Shown here: positions 54,335-64,000 of the stretch, piece after piece
How the letters are laid out: each line of letters opens with the position of its first letter
How positions within the stretch are numbered: the stretch's first letter is position 1
DNA from: a phage
DNA: 64,000 nt
Sequence record: PX880102.1
Reading direction: 5' to 3' (one strand)
The notes under the pieces: model-generated
What the model saw: the letters and a program-made list of their open reading frames with translations, nothing else
Told to the model about the DNA's origin: nothing
Databases searched by the model: none
Translations under genes and position numbers: made by a program

Positions 54335-57300
54335 ATGGCCGAGATTAAAAGAAAGTTCAGAGCAGAAGATGGTCTGGACGCAGGTGGCGATAAAATAATC
54401 AACGTAGCTTTAGCTGATCGTGCCGTAGGAACTGACGGTGTTAACGTTGATTACCTAATTCAAGAAAACACAGTTCAACAATACGATCCAACTCGTGGAT
54501 ATTTAAAAGATTTTGTAATCATTTATGATAACCGTTTTTGGGCTGCTATAAATGATATTCCAAAACCAGCGGGAGCTTTTAATAGCGTACGCTGGAGAGC
54601 ATTACGTACTGATGCTAATTGGACAACTGTTTCATCAGGACCTTATCAATTAAAGTCAGGTGAATCAATTTCAGTTAATACTGCAGCAGGAAATGATATC
54701 ACATTTACTTTGCCAACTTCTCCAATTGATGGAGATACTATCGTTCTTCAAGATATTGGTGGAAAACCCGGAGTTAACCAAGTTTTAATTGTAGCTCCAG
54801 TGCAAAGTATTGTAAACTTTAGAGGCGAACAAGTACGATCAGTACTAATGACCCATCCAAAATCACAGATAGTTTTAATTTTTAGTAATCGTCTGTGGCA
54901 AATGTATGTGGCTGATTATAGCAGAGAAGCGGTAGTTGTGACGCCAGCAAGTCTCTACCAGGCGCAGTCAAACGATTTTATCGTGCGCAGATTTACTTCT
55001 GCTGCACCGATAAATATTAAACTTCCAAGATTTGCTAATCATGGCGATATTATTAATTTCGTTGATTTAGATAAATTAAATCCTCTTTATCATACAATTG
55101 TTACTACATATGATGAAACTACATCAGTACAAGAAGATGGAACTCATTCCATTGAAGGCCGTACATCTATTGATGGTTTCTTGATGTATGATGATAATGA
55201 GAAATTATGGAGATTATTTGACGGGGATAGTAAAGCACGTTTACGCATTATAACAACTAATTCTAATATTCGTCCAAACGAAGAAGTTATGGTATTTGGT
55301 GCGAATAATGGAACAACCCAAACAATTGAACTTCAGCTTCCGACTGATATTTCTGTTGGTGATACTGTCAAAATTTCCATGAATTACATGAGAAAAGGAC
55401 AAACAGTTAAAATCAAAGCTGCAGGTGAAGATAAAATTGCTTCTTCAGTTCAATTGCTGCAATTCCCAAAACGTTCAGAATATCCACCTGAAGCTGAATG
55501 GGTGACTGTTCAAGAATTAGTTTTTAACGGTGAAACTAATTATGTTCCAGTTTTACAACTTGCTTATATCGAAGATTCTGACGGAAAATACTGGGTTGTA
55601 CAGCAAAACGTTCCAACTGTAGAAAGAGTTGATTCTTTAAATGATTCTACTAGAGCAAGATTAGGCGTGATTGCTTTAGCTACACAAGCTCAAGCTAACG
55701 TCGATTTAGAAAATTCTCCACAAAAAGAATTAGCAATTACTCCAGAAACATTAGCTAACCGTACTGCTACAGAAACTCGTAGAGGTATCGCAAGAATAGC
55801 AACCACTGCTCAAGTGAACCAGGACACTACATTCTCTTTTGCTGATGATATTATCATCACTCCTAAAAAGCTGAATGAAAGAACAGCTACTGAAACTCGC
55901 AGAGGTGTTGCTGAAATTGCTACGCAGCAAGAAACTAATGCAGGAACCGATGATACTACAATCATCACTCCTAAAAAGCTTCAAGCTCGCCAAGGTTCTG
56001 AATCATTATCTGGTATTGTAACTTTTGTATCTACTGCAGGTGCTACTCCAGCTTCTAGCCGTGAATTAAATGGTACGAATGTTTATAATAAAAACACCAA
56101 TAATTTAGTTGTTTCACCTAAAGCTTTAGATCAGTATAAAGCTACTCCAACACAGCAAGGTGCGGTAATTTTAGCAGTTGAAAGTGAAGTAATTGCTGGA
56201 CAAAGTCAGGAAGGATGGGCAAATGCTGTTGTAACGCCAGAAACGTTACATAAAAAGACATCAACTGATGGAAGAATTGGTTTAATTGAAATTGCTACGC
56301 AAAGTGAAGTTAATACAGGAACTGATTATACACGTGCAGTCACTCCTAAAACTTTAAATGACCGTAGAGCAACTGAAAGTTTAAGTGGTATAGCTGAAAT
56401 TGCTACACAAGTTGAATTCGACGCAGGCGTCGACGATACTCGTATCTCTACACCATTAAAAATTAAAACTAGATTTAATAGTACTGATCGTACTTCTGTT
56501 GTTGCTCTATCTGGATTAGTTGAATCAGGAACTCTCTGGGACCATTATACCCTTAATATTCTTGAAGCAAATGAGACACAGCGTGGTACACTTCGTGTAG
56601 CTACACAGGTTGAAGCTGCTGCAGGAACATTAGATAATGTTTTAATAACTCCTAAAAAGCTTTTAGGTACTAAATCTACTGAAGCGCAAGAAGGTGTTAT
56701 TAAAGTTGCAACTCAGTCTGAAACTGTGGCTGGAACGTCAGCAAATACTGCTGTATCTCCAAAAAATTTAAAATGGATTGTGCAGAGTGAACCTACCTGG
56801 GCAGCTACTACTACAGTAAGAGGCTTTGTTAAAACTTCATCTGGTTCAATTACATTTGTCGGTAATGATACAGTCGGTTCTACCCAAGATTTAGAACTGT
56901 ATGAGAAAAATAGCTATGCAGTATCACCATACGAATTAAACCGTGTATTAGCAAATTATTTACCGTTAAAAGCAAAAGCTGCTGATAGTAATTTATTGGA
57001 TAGTCTAGATTCATCTCAGTTCATTCGTAGGGACATTGCGCAGACGGTTAATGGTTCACTAACCTTAACCCAACAAACGAATCTGAGTGCCCCTCTTGTA
57101 TCATCTAGTACTGCTACGTTTGGTGGATCAGTTTCGGCAAATAGTACACTAACTATTTCTAATACTGATAGAACAGCAACTCGTCTGATTTTTGAGAAAG
57201 GATCTCAAACTGGAACGAACCCGGCTCAAACGATGACAGTCAGCGTGTGGGGGAATCAATTTAGTGGGGAATCAAACACAACACGTTCTACCGTATTTGA

Positions 57301-58207
57301 AGTTAGTGATGAAACATCTTATCACTTTTATTCTCAACGCGATAAAGATGGTAATATAGCATTTAGCATTAATGGTACTGTAATGCCAATAAATGTGAAT
57401 GCTTTAGGAACATTGAATGCAAATGGTGTAGCAACATTTGGTAATTCAGTCACTGCAAGTGGTGAAATTATTTCTCGAAGCGCAAATGCTTTCCGTGCTA
57501 TTAACGGAAATTATGGTTTTATTGTTCGCAATGACGGGTCAGTAACGAATTTTATGCTTACTGCATCGGGCGATCAGACTGGTGGATTTAATGGATTACG
57601 TCCATTAACTATTAATAATGCATCTGGTCAAGTAACGATTGGTGAAAGCTTAATCATTGCCAAAGGTGCTACTATAAATTCAGGCGGTTTAACTGTTAAC
57701 TCGAGAATTCGTTCTCAGGGCACTAAAACATCTGACTTATATACCCGTGTGCCGACATCTGATACTGTAGGATTCTGGTCAATTGACATTAATGATTCAG
57801 CTACTTATAACCAGTTCCCGGGTTATTTTGAAATGGTTGAAAAAACTAATGAAGTGACTGGACTTCCATACTTAGAACGTGGCGAAGAGGTTAAATCTCC
57901 TGGTACATTGACTCAGTTTGGTAACACACTTGATTCGCTTTACCAAGATTGGATTACTTATCCAACTACCCCAGAAGCTCGCACCACTCGCTGGACACGC
58001 ACATGGCAGAAAACCAAAAATTCTTGGTCAAGTTTTGTTCAGGTATTTGATGGAGGTAACCCTCCTCAGCCATCTGATATTGGTGCTTTACCATCTGATA
58101 ATGCTATAATGGGGAATCTTACTATTCGTGATTTCTTACGAATTGGTAATGTTCGCATTATTCCTGACCCAGTGAATAAAACGGTTAAATTTGAATGGGT
58201 TGAATAA
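54335..58207 (+). CDS. 34: Long tail fibre proximal subunit gp34 (1290 aa)
   Basis: Length as T4 gp34; internal ~40 aa fibre repeats; late promoter upstream. Confidence 0.95.
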   Translation: MAEIKRKFRAEDGLDAGGDKIINVALADRAVGTDGVNVDYLIQENTVQQYDPTRGYLKDFVIIYDNRFWAAINDIPKPAGAFNSVRWRALRTDANWTTVSSGPYQLKSGESISVNTAAGNDITFTLPTSPIDGDTIVLQDIGGKPGVNQVLIVAPVQSIVNFRGEQVRSVLMTHPKSQIVLIFSNRLWQMYVADYSREAVVVTPASLYQAQSNDFIVRRFTSAAPINIKLPRFANHGDIINFVDLDKLNPLYHTIVTTYDETTSVQEDGTHSIEGRTSIDGFLMYDDNEKLWRLFDGDSKARLRIITTNSNIRPNEEVMVFGANNGTTQTIELQLPTDISVGDTVKISMNYMRKGQTVKIKAAGEDKIASSVQLLQFPKRSEYPPEAEWVTVQELVFNGETNYVPVLQLAYIEDSDGKYWVVQQNVPTVERVDSLNDSTRARLGVIALATQAQANVDLENSPQKELAITPETLANRTATETRRGIARIATTAQVNQDTTFSFADDIIITPKKLNERTATETRRGVAEIATQQETNAGTDDTTIITPKKLQARQGSESLSGIVTFVSTAGATPASSRELNGTNVYNKNTNNLVVSPKALDQYKATPTQQGAVILAVESEVIAGQSQEGWANAVVTPETLHKKTSTDGRIGLIEIATQSEVNTGTDYTRAVTPKTLNDRRATESLSGIAEIATQVEFDAGVDDTRISTPLKIKTRFNSTDRTSVVALSGLVESGTLWDHYTLNILEANETQRGTLRVATQVEAAAGTLDNVLITPKKLLGTKSTEAQEGVIKVATQSETVAGTSANTAVSPKNLKWIVQSEPTWAATTTVRGFVKTSSGSITFVGNDTVGSTQDLELYEKNSYAVSPYELNRVLANYLPLKAKAADSNLLDSLDSSQFIRRDIAQTVNGSLTLTQQTNLSAPLVSSSTATFGGSVSANSTLTISNTDRTATRLIFEKGSQTGTNPAQTMTVSVWGNQFSGESNTTRSTVFEVSDETSYHFYSQRDKDGNIAFSINGTVMPINVNALGTLNANGVATFGNSVTASGEIISRSANAFRAINGNYGFIVRNDGSVTNFMLTASGDQTGGFNGLRPLTINNASGQVTIGESLIIAKGATINSGGLTVNSRIRSQGTKTSDLYTRVPTSDTVGFWSIDINDSATYNQFPGYFEMVEKTNEVTGLPYLERGEEVKSPGTLTQFGNTLDSLYQDWITYPTTPEARTTRWTRTWQKTKNSWSSFVQVFDGGNPPQPSDIGALPSDNAIMGNLTIRDFLRIGNVRIIPDPVNKTVKFEWVE
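55655..56840 (+). repeat. Array of ~40-codon tail-fibre repeats within gene 34
   Basis: Recurring motif RRG..xIAT..E.xAGT...xITPKKL about eight times in gp34 residues ~440-830. Confidence 0.7.
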
Positions 58208-58215
58208 GAGGTATT

Positions 58216-59331
58216 ATGGAAAAATTTATGGCAGAGTTTGGACAAGGATATGTCCAAACGCCATTTTTATCGGAAAGTAATTCAGTAAGATATAAAATAA
58301 GTATAGCGGGTTCTTGCCCGCTTTCTACTGCAGGACCATACGTCAAATTTCAGGATAATCTTGTTGGAAGCCAAACATTTAGCGCAGGTCTTCATTTAAG
58401 AGTTTTTGACCCTTCTACAGGAGCATTAGTTGATAGTAAGTCATATGCTTTTTCAACTTCAAATGATACTACATCAGCTGCTTTTGTTAGTTTCATGAAT
58501 TCTTTGGCGAATAACAGACTTGTTGCTATATTAACTAGCGGAAAGGTTAATTTTCCTCCTGAAGTAGTATCTTGGTTAAGAGCAGCAGGAACGTCTGCTT
58601 TTCCATCTGATTCTTTATTGTCAAGATTTGACGTATCATATGCTGCCTTTTATACTTCTTCCAAAGGAGCTATTGCATTAGAACATGTTAAACTAAGTAA
58701 TAGAAAAAGCACAGATGACTATCAAACTATTTTAGATGTTGTATTTGACAGTTTAGAAGACGTTGGAGCTACGGGATTTCCTAAAAGAACATATGAAAGC
58801 GTGGAGCAATTTATGTCAGCAGTCGGTGGAACTAATAACGAAATTGCACGTTTACCAACTTCATCCGCAATAAGTAAACTCTCTGATTATAATTTAATTC
58901 CTGGCGATGTTCTTTATCTTAAAGCGCAGTTATATGCTGATGCAGATTTACTTGCGCTTGGAACTACAAATATATCTATCCGTTTTTATGATGAATCGAA
59001 TGGATATATTTCTTCAACACATGCCGAGTTTACTGGTCAAGCTGGGTCATGGGAATTAAAGGAAGACTATGTAGTTATTCCAGAAAATGCAGTAGGATTT
59101 ACGATATATGCACAAAGAACTGCGCAAGCAGGTCAAGGTGGCATGAGAAATTTAAGCTTTTCTGAAGTATCAAGAAATGGAGGAATTTCAAAACCTGCTG
59201 AATTTGGCGTCAATGGTATTCGAGTTAATTATGTCTGTGAATCTGCTTCACCTCCGGATATAATGGTACTTCCTACACAAGCATCGTCTAAAACTGGTAA
59301 AGTGTTTGGACAAGAATTTAGAGAAGTTTAA
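58216..59331 (+). CDS. 35: Long tail fibre hinge protein gp35 (371 aa)
   Basis: Length and position as T4 gp35. Confidence 0.9.
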   Translation: MEKFMAEFGQGYVQTPFLSESNSVRYKISIAGSCPLSTAGPYVKFQDNLVGSQTFSAGLHLRVFDPSTGALVDSKSYAFSTSNDTTSAAFVSFMNSLANNRLVAILTSGKVNFPPEVVSWLRAAGTSAFPSDSLLSRFDVSYAAFYTSSKGAIALEHVKLSNRKSTDDYQTILDVVFDSLEDVGATGFPKRTYESVEQFMSAVGGTNNEIARLPTSSAISKLSDYNLIPGDVLYLKAQLYADADLLALGTTNISIRFYDESNGYISSTHAEFTGQAGSWELKEDYVVIPENAVGFTIYAQRTAQAGQGGMRNLSFSEVSRNGGISKPAEFGVNGIRVNYVCESASPPDIMVLPTQASSKTGKVFGQEFREV

Positions 59332-59336
59332 ATTGA

Positions 59337-59360
59337 GGGAGCCTTCGGGTTCCCTTTTTC
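59337..59360 (+). terminator. Terminator after gene 35
   Basis: GGGAGCC-TTCG-GGTTCCC hairpin (one G-U pair) then TTTTTCTTT. Confidence 0.7.
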
Positions 59361-59362
59361 TT

Positions 59363-59370
59363 TATAAATA
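59363..59370 (+). promoter_or_regulatory. Late promoter TATAAATA for gene 36
   Basis: Exact TATAAATA 23 bp upstream of gene 36 ATG, right after a terminator hairpin. Confidence 0.7.
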
Positions 59371-59393
59371 CTATTAAAATAAAGGGGCATACA

Positions 59394-60050
59394 ATGGCTG
59401 ATTTAAAAGTAGGTTCAACAACTGGAGGCTCTGTCATTTGGCATCAAGGAAATTTTCCATTGAATCCAGCCGGTGACGATGTACTCTATAAATCATTTAA
59501 AATATATTCAGAATATAATAAGCCACAAGCTGCCGATAACGATTTCGTTTCTAAAGCTAATGGCGGTACGTATTTAAATAAAGTAATTTTTAATAAAGGA
59601 ATGACTGTTCCTGGCGCAGGGTCAGGTGATAATGGTATTTTTGCTGGTCCTGGTGATAGTGCCACGTATGATACTACAAATATGGATATTGTTTCGTGGT
59701 ATGGTATTGGTTTTAAATCATCACAAGGAACAGCAGGTAGAACTGTAGTAATTAACACGCGAAATGGAGATATTAGCTCAAAGGGTGTAATTGAAGCATC
59801 ACAAATCCGTGTAACTTCGTTATCACCAGTAAATAATTATGACCTTACGCGGAAAGATTATGTTGATGGAGCAATAAATATTGTTACAGCAAACGCAAAC
59901 TCTAGGGTATTACGCTCTGGAGACACTATGACAGGAAATTTAACTGCGCCAAACCTTTTTTCACAGAATCCTGCATCTCAACCCTCGCATGTTCCACGAT
60001 TTGACCAAATTGTTATTAAGGATTCTGTTCAAGATTTCGGCTATTATTAA
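59394..60050 (+). CDS. 36: Long tail fibre distal connector gp36 (218 aa)
   Basis: Length and position as T4 gp36; late promoter upstream. Confidence 0.9.
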   Translation: MADLKVGSTTGGSVIWHQGNFPLNPAGDDVLYKSFKIYSEYNKPQAADNDFVSKANGGTYLNKVIFNKGMTVPGAGSGDNGIFAGPGDSATYDTTNMDIVSWYGIGFKSSQGTAGRTVVINTRNGDISSKGVIEASQIRVTSLSPVNNYDLTRKDYVDGAINIVTANANSRVLRSGDTMTGNLTAPNLFSQNPASQPSHVPRFDQIVIKDSVQDFGYY

Positions 60051-60058
60051 GAGGACTT

Positions 60059-63000
60059 ATGGCTACTTTAAAACAAATACAATTTAAAAGAAGCAAAACT
60101 GCAGGAGCACGTCCTGCCGCTTCAGTATTAGCCGAAGGTGAATTGGCTATAAACTTAAAAGACCGTGTACTTTTTACTAAAGATGACCAAGGAAATATTA
60201 TTGATCTGGGTTTTGCTAAAGGCGGTAGTATTGACGGGAATGTTATTCATACAGGCAATTATAACCAAACTGGCGATTATACTTTAAATGGTGTCTTCAC
60301 TCAGACTGGTAATTTTAATTTAACTGGTATTGCTCGAGTAACTCGCGATATTATTGCCGCTGGGCAGATTATGACTGAAGGCGGAGAACTTATTACAAAA
60401 AGTTCAGGTACAGCGCATGTTCGTTTTTTCGATAACAATAGTCGCGAACGCGGAATCATTTATGCCCCGGCTAATGATGGTTTAACTACACAAGTACTTA
60501 ATATCAGGGTTCAAGACTACGCCGCTGGTAGCGAAAGCACTTATGCATTTTCAGGCAGTGGACTATTTACTTCACCTGAAGTATCAGCATGGAAATCTAT
60601 TTCGTCTCCACAAATTCTAACCAACAAAGTCATTACTAATAATAAATCTACGGGTGATTATGACATCTATTCGATGGCAGACAATGTTCCATTGTCTGAA
60701 AGCACTACTGCTATTAATCATCTTCGTGTCATGCGTAATGCCGTTGGTTCTAGTATTTTCCATGAAGTTAAAGATAATGATGGAATAACTTGGTATGCAG
60801 GTGATGGACTTGACACCTATCTTTGGTCATTTACTTGGAGCGGCGGAATTAAATCGAGTCACTCAATTTCTATTGGTTTAACACCTGGTAATAAAGATTA
60901 TTCAATATTAGGACCATCTAGTATTGCTTTAGGAGATAATGATACTGGATTTAAATGGCATCAAGATGGATATTATTTTAGCGTTAATAATGGAACAAAA
61001 ACGTTTTTATTTAGTCCTAGCGAAACAACTAGCCTAAGAAAATTTGTAGCTGGATATTCTACTAACGGAACCGATTTAACTACTCCTCCAACTGAAAACT
61101 ATGCATTAGCCACTGTTGTTACTTACCATGATAATAACGCATACGGCGACGGTCAAACTCTTTTAGGATATTATCAAGGCGGTAACTATCATCATTATTT
61201 CCGCGGTAAAGGTACTACAAACATTAATACTCACGGCGGTTTGTTAGTTACTCCTGGTAATATTGACGTTATTGGTGGTTCTGTTAATATCGATGGTAGA
61301 AATAATAATTCAATTTTAATGTTTAAAGGCTATACCATGGGTCAAAGCTCCGTTGATAACATGTATATAGCTGTTTGGGGAAATACTTTTACTAATCCAA
61401 GTGAAGGCACCCGTAAAAATGTCATGGAAATTTCTGATGATATTGGATGGATGCATTATATTCAACGAACAACTGCAGGTAAAGTCGAATCGGTTCTAAA
61501 CGGCACCCAGATTGTTAATGAAAACTTGACCGTAGTAAAAAATGCTACATTTGATGGTACAATCAGCGCAGCAGGTGAAATTTCATCTGGGGCTGTGAAT
61601 GCGCTTCGTATTTGGAACGCAGATTATGGAGCTATTTTTAGACGTTCAGAAGGCAGTCTTCATATTATTCCAACTGCTTACGGTGAAGGTAAATATGGCG
61701 ATATCGGTCCACTTCGCCCGTTTAGTATGGCTTTAGATACCGGTAAAGTTACTATTCCAGATTTACAATCAAGTTACAATACGTTTGCTGCTAACGGCTA
61801 TATTAAATTTGTTGGTCATGGAGCGGGTGCCGGCGGTTATGACATTCAATATGCTCAAGCGGCTCCTATTTTCCAGGAAATTGATGATGATGCTGTAAGC
61901 AAATATTATCCTATTGTTAAACAGAAGTTTTTAAATGGTAAAGCCGTTTGGTCTTTAGGTACTGAAATTAATTCGGGTACATTCGTTATTCATCATCTGA
62001 AAGAAGATGGTTCACAAGGCCATACGTCTCGTTTTAATCAAGACGGTACTGTTAACTTCCCAGATAACGTTTCTGTCGGCGGCGGTGAAGCTACTATTGC
62101 TCGCAATGGTAATATCTGGTCTGATATCTGGAAAACGTTTACTTTAGCAGGCGACGTAACTAATATTCGCGATGCAATAGCTACTCGTGTTGCTAAAGAA
62201 GGTGATACGATGACCGGTAGGTTGACTTTATCTGCTGGAAATGATGCCCTTGTTTTAACTGCAGGCACGGGCGCTTCATCGCACATCCGTAGTGATGTAG
62301 GTGGTACAAATAATTGGTTTATAGGCAAAGGCGGCGGCGACAATGGTCTAAGTTTTTACAGTTACATTACACAAGGCGGTGTGAACATAACAAATAACGG
62401 CGAAATAGCGCTTTCTCCTCAAGGACAAGGAGCGTTTAATTTTAATAGAGACCGCCTTCATATAAACGGTACACAATGGACCGCACACCAGGCTGGCGAT
62501 TGGGGAAATCAATGGCGCCAGGAAGCTCCTGTATTTGTGGATTTTGGTAATGTCGGTAATGATAGTTATTATCCTATTATTAAAGGAAAATCTGGTATTA
62601 CTAATGAAGGGTATATATCTGGTGTAGATTTTGGTATGCGACGCATTCCTAATAACTGGGCACAAGGTATTATTCGTGTAGGTAATCAGGAAAACGGTTC
62701 CGACCCACAAGCTATCTTCGAATTCCACCATAATGGAAACATGTGCGTTCCTGACATGGTTAAAGCTGGAGTAAGAATATCAGCCGGTGGAGGTGACCCT
62801 GTATGGACAGGCGCATGTGTTGTTATTGGTGATAATGACACCGGATTAGTTCATGGTGGTGACGGCCGAATCAATATGGTTGCCAATGGTATACATATTG
62901 CAAACTGGGGAGCAGGCTATCAATCTCATCCTGGGCTTTGGGATTCAACCGGTGCTTTTTGGACAGAAGTTGGAAGAGCTATCGTTTCTCATGGGCATCT

Positions 63001-63388
63001 CGTTCAGGCAAATGATAGTTATTCAACGTTTGTCCGTGATGTTTATGTCCGTTCTGATATTCGTGTTAAAAAAGACCTTGTTAAATTTGAAAATGCTTCT
63101 GAGAAGCTTTCAAAAATTAATGGTTACACTTATATGCAGAAGCGAGGCCTAGATGAAGAAGGTAATCAAAAATGGGAACCTAATGCCGGTTTAATTGCCC
63201 AAGAAGTTCAAGCTATTTTACCTGAATTAGTTGAAGGCGATCAGGATAGTGAAGCTTTACTTCGTTTGAACTATAACGGTGTAATTGGTTTAAATACAGC
63301 TGCAATCAATGAGCATACTGCAGAAATTGCAGAACTTAAATCAGAAATTGAAGAACTTAAAGCATTAGTTAAATCATTGTTAAAATAA
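60059..63388 (+). CDS. 37: Long tail fibre distal subunit gp37 (1109 aa) with C-terminal self-cleaving chaperone-like domain
   Basis: Position after 36; C-terminal SDIRVKK motif and coiled-coil tail; followed by gene 38. Confidence 0.9.
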   Translation: MATLKQIQFKRSKTAGARPAASVLAEGELAINLKDRVLFTKDDQGNIIDLGFAKGGSIDGNVIHTGNYNQTGDYTLNGVFTQTGNFNLTGIARVTRDIIAAGQIMTEGGELITKSSGTAHVRFFDNNSRERGIIYAPANDGLTTQVLNIRVQDYAAGSESTYAFSGSGLFTSPEVSAWKSISSPQILTNKVITNNKSTGDYDIYSMADNVPLSESTTAINHLRVMRNAVGSSIFHEVKDNDGITWYAGDGLDTYLWSFTWSGGIKSSHSISIGLTPGNKDYSILGPSSIALGDNDTGFKWHQDGYYFSVNNGTKTFLFSPSETTSLRKFVAGYSTNGTDLTTPPTENYALATVVTYHDNNAYGDGQTLLGYYQGGNYHHYFRGKGTTNINTHGGLLVTPGNIDVIGGSVNIDGRNNNSILMFKGYTMGQSSVDNMYIAVWGNTFTNPSEGTRKNVMEISDDIGWMHYIQRTTAGKVESVLNGTQIVNENLTVVKNATFDGTISAAGEISSGAVNALRIWNADYGAIFRRSEGSLHIIPTAYGEGKYGDIGPLRPFSMALDTGKVTIPDLQSSYNTFAANGYIKFVGHGAGAGGYDIQYAQAAPIFQEIDDDAVSKYYPIVKQKFLNGKAVWSLGTEINSGTFVIHHLKEDGSQGHTSRFNQDGTVNFPDNVSVGGGEATIARNGNIWSDIWKTFTLAGDVTNIRDAIATRVAKEGDTMTGRLTLSAGNDALVLTAGTGASSHIRSDVGGTNNWFIGKGGGDNGLSFYSYITQGGVNITNNGEIALSPQGQGAFNFNRDRLHINGTQWTAHQAGDWGNQWRQEAPVFVDFGNVGNDSYYPIIKGKSGITNEGYISGVDFGMRRIPNNWAQGIIRVGNQENGSDPQAIFEFHHNGNMCVPDMVKAGVRISAGGGDPVWTGACVVIGDNDTGLVHGGDGRINMVANGIHIANWGAGYQSHPGLWDSTGAFWTEVGRAIVSHGHLVQANDSYSTFVRDVYVRSDIRVKKDLVKFENASEKLSKINGYTYMQKRGLDEEGNQKWEPNAGLIAQEVQAILPELVEGDQDSEALLRLNYNGVIGLNTAAINEHTAEIAELKSEIEELKALVKSLLK

Positions 63389-63393
63389 TAAGA

Positions 63394-63407
63394 GGGGCTT
63401 CGGCCCC
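63394..63407 (+). terminator. Intercistronic GC hairpin between genes 37 and 38 (attenuator or RNA stability element)
   Basis: GGGGC-TTCG-GCCCC immediately followed by GGAGG Shine-Dalgarno of gene 38. Confidence 0.5.
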
Positions 63408-63419
63408 TTGGAGGTTTAT

Positions 63420-64000
63420 ATGGCAGTAACAGGACCGTGGGTAGGATCGTCTGCAGTAGTTAATACAGGACAAAATTGGATGGGTGGTGCCGCGCAGAGA
63501 TTGAGAATGGGAATTCCGTTTTGGATGAGTAATATGATAGGTAGATCTGTTGAAATAATTCACACGCTTGGAGCAGACCATAACTTCAATGGTCAATGGT
63601 TCCGAGATAGATGTTTTGAGGCAGGTAGTGCACCTATAGTGTTTAATATCACTGGAGATTTAGTATCATATTCTAAAGATGTTCCTTTATTCTTCATGTA
63701 TGGAGATACACCGAATGAATATGTTCAGTTGAATATACACGGCGTAACGATGTATGGACGTGGCGGTAATGGCGGTAGCAATAGTCCTGGTTCAGCTGGA
63801 GGTCATTGTATTCAAAACGATATTGGTGGGAGACTAAGAATTAATAATGGCGGAGCTATTGCTGGAGGTGGCGGCGGTGGCGGTGGCGGATATTATTCTC
63901 CTTTTTCACAAATGAGATTGACTTTTGGAGGTGGCGGCGGGCGTCCGTTTGGCGCACCGGGCGGATCTATTGATATGCAATCAGGAGCAACTGCTGGTAC
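63420..64000 (+). CDS. 38: gp38, T2-type receptor-recognising adhesin (5' part; runs off window end)
   Basis: N-terminus [13 protein letters not shown]... and polyglycine blocks typical of T2-family gp38. Confidence 0.85.
   Translation, partial: MAVTGPWVGSSAVVNTGQNWMGGAAQRLRMGIPFWMSNMIGRSVEIIHTLGADHNFNGQWFRDRCFEAGSAPIVFNITGDLVSYSKDVPLFFMYGDTPNEYVQLNIHGVTMYGRGGNGGSNSPGSAGGHCIQNDIGGRLRINNGGAIAGGGGGGGGGYYSPFSQMRLTFGGGGGRPFGAPGGSIDMQSGATAG

Noticed and set aside
55655-56840. Periodic repeats that could suggest a CRISPR array or mobile element
   Set aside because: The periodicity is in-frame, protein-level fibre repeats within gene 34 with diverged DNA; no direct-repeat and spacer structure.
62038-62731. 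Two minus-strand ORFs (101 and 127 aa) inside gene 37
   Set aside because: Antisense to a long, well-supported tail-fibre gene with late-operon context; no promoter or ribosome-binding site.
63880-63960. GGTGGCGGCGGTGGC simple-sequence tract
   Set aside because: It encodes the polyglycine motif of the gp38 adhesin, not a non-coding microsatellite.

Overview
This 64 kb window is a contiguous, densely packed segment of a T4-like (T-even) myovirus genome, collinear with the T4 map from gene 16 to gene 38. Left to right: packaging, tail and head genes 16-17-18-19-20-67-68-21-22-23-24 (+); rnlB, two small ORFs, hoc and inh (-); uvsW and uvsW.1 (+); the uvsY block and baseplate genes 25-26 (-); baseplate hub genes 51-27-28-29-48-54 (+); a ~28 kb minus-strand early/middle block (two Alt-family ADP-ribosyltransferases, DNA ligase, a series of small ORFs, rIII-like ORF, co-chaperonin 31, dCMP deaminase, polynucleotide kinase, a spanin pair, alc, RNA ligase 1, endonuclease II, nrdB, nrdA, td, frd, gp32, gp59, gp33, dsbA, RNase H); then long-tail-fibre genes 34-35-36-37 and the start of 38 (+). 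Product names come from recalled T4 gene order and protein lengths plus motifs read in the translations; no database search was run. The phage is not T4 itself: td and nrdB are uninterrupted, Hoc carries an extra Ig-like domain, gp37 ends in a self-cleaving chaperone-type domain and gene 38 is a T2-type glycine-rich adhesin. Late promoters (TATAAATA), early promoters with a GTTTAC -35, a MotA-box middle promoter upstream of uvsY and GC-hairpin terminators are readable directly. I found no tRNA or rRNA genes, CRISPR arrays, IS elements or integrase. I do not see a clear-cut novel multi-gene system. The best candidates for follow-up are the ADP-ribosylation-related gene set (two tandem Alt paralogs, a NADAR-like ORF, a DUF4326-like ORF), an ORF inserted between frd and td, extra small ORFs next to gene 32 and pseT, an unexplained 246 bp non-coding gap next to the rIII-like ORF, and a 53 bp promoter-plus-leader cassette present twice 16 kb apart.
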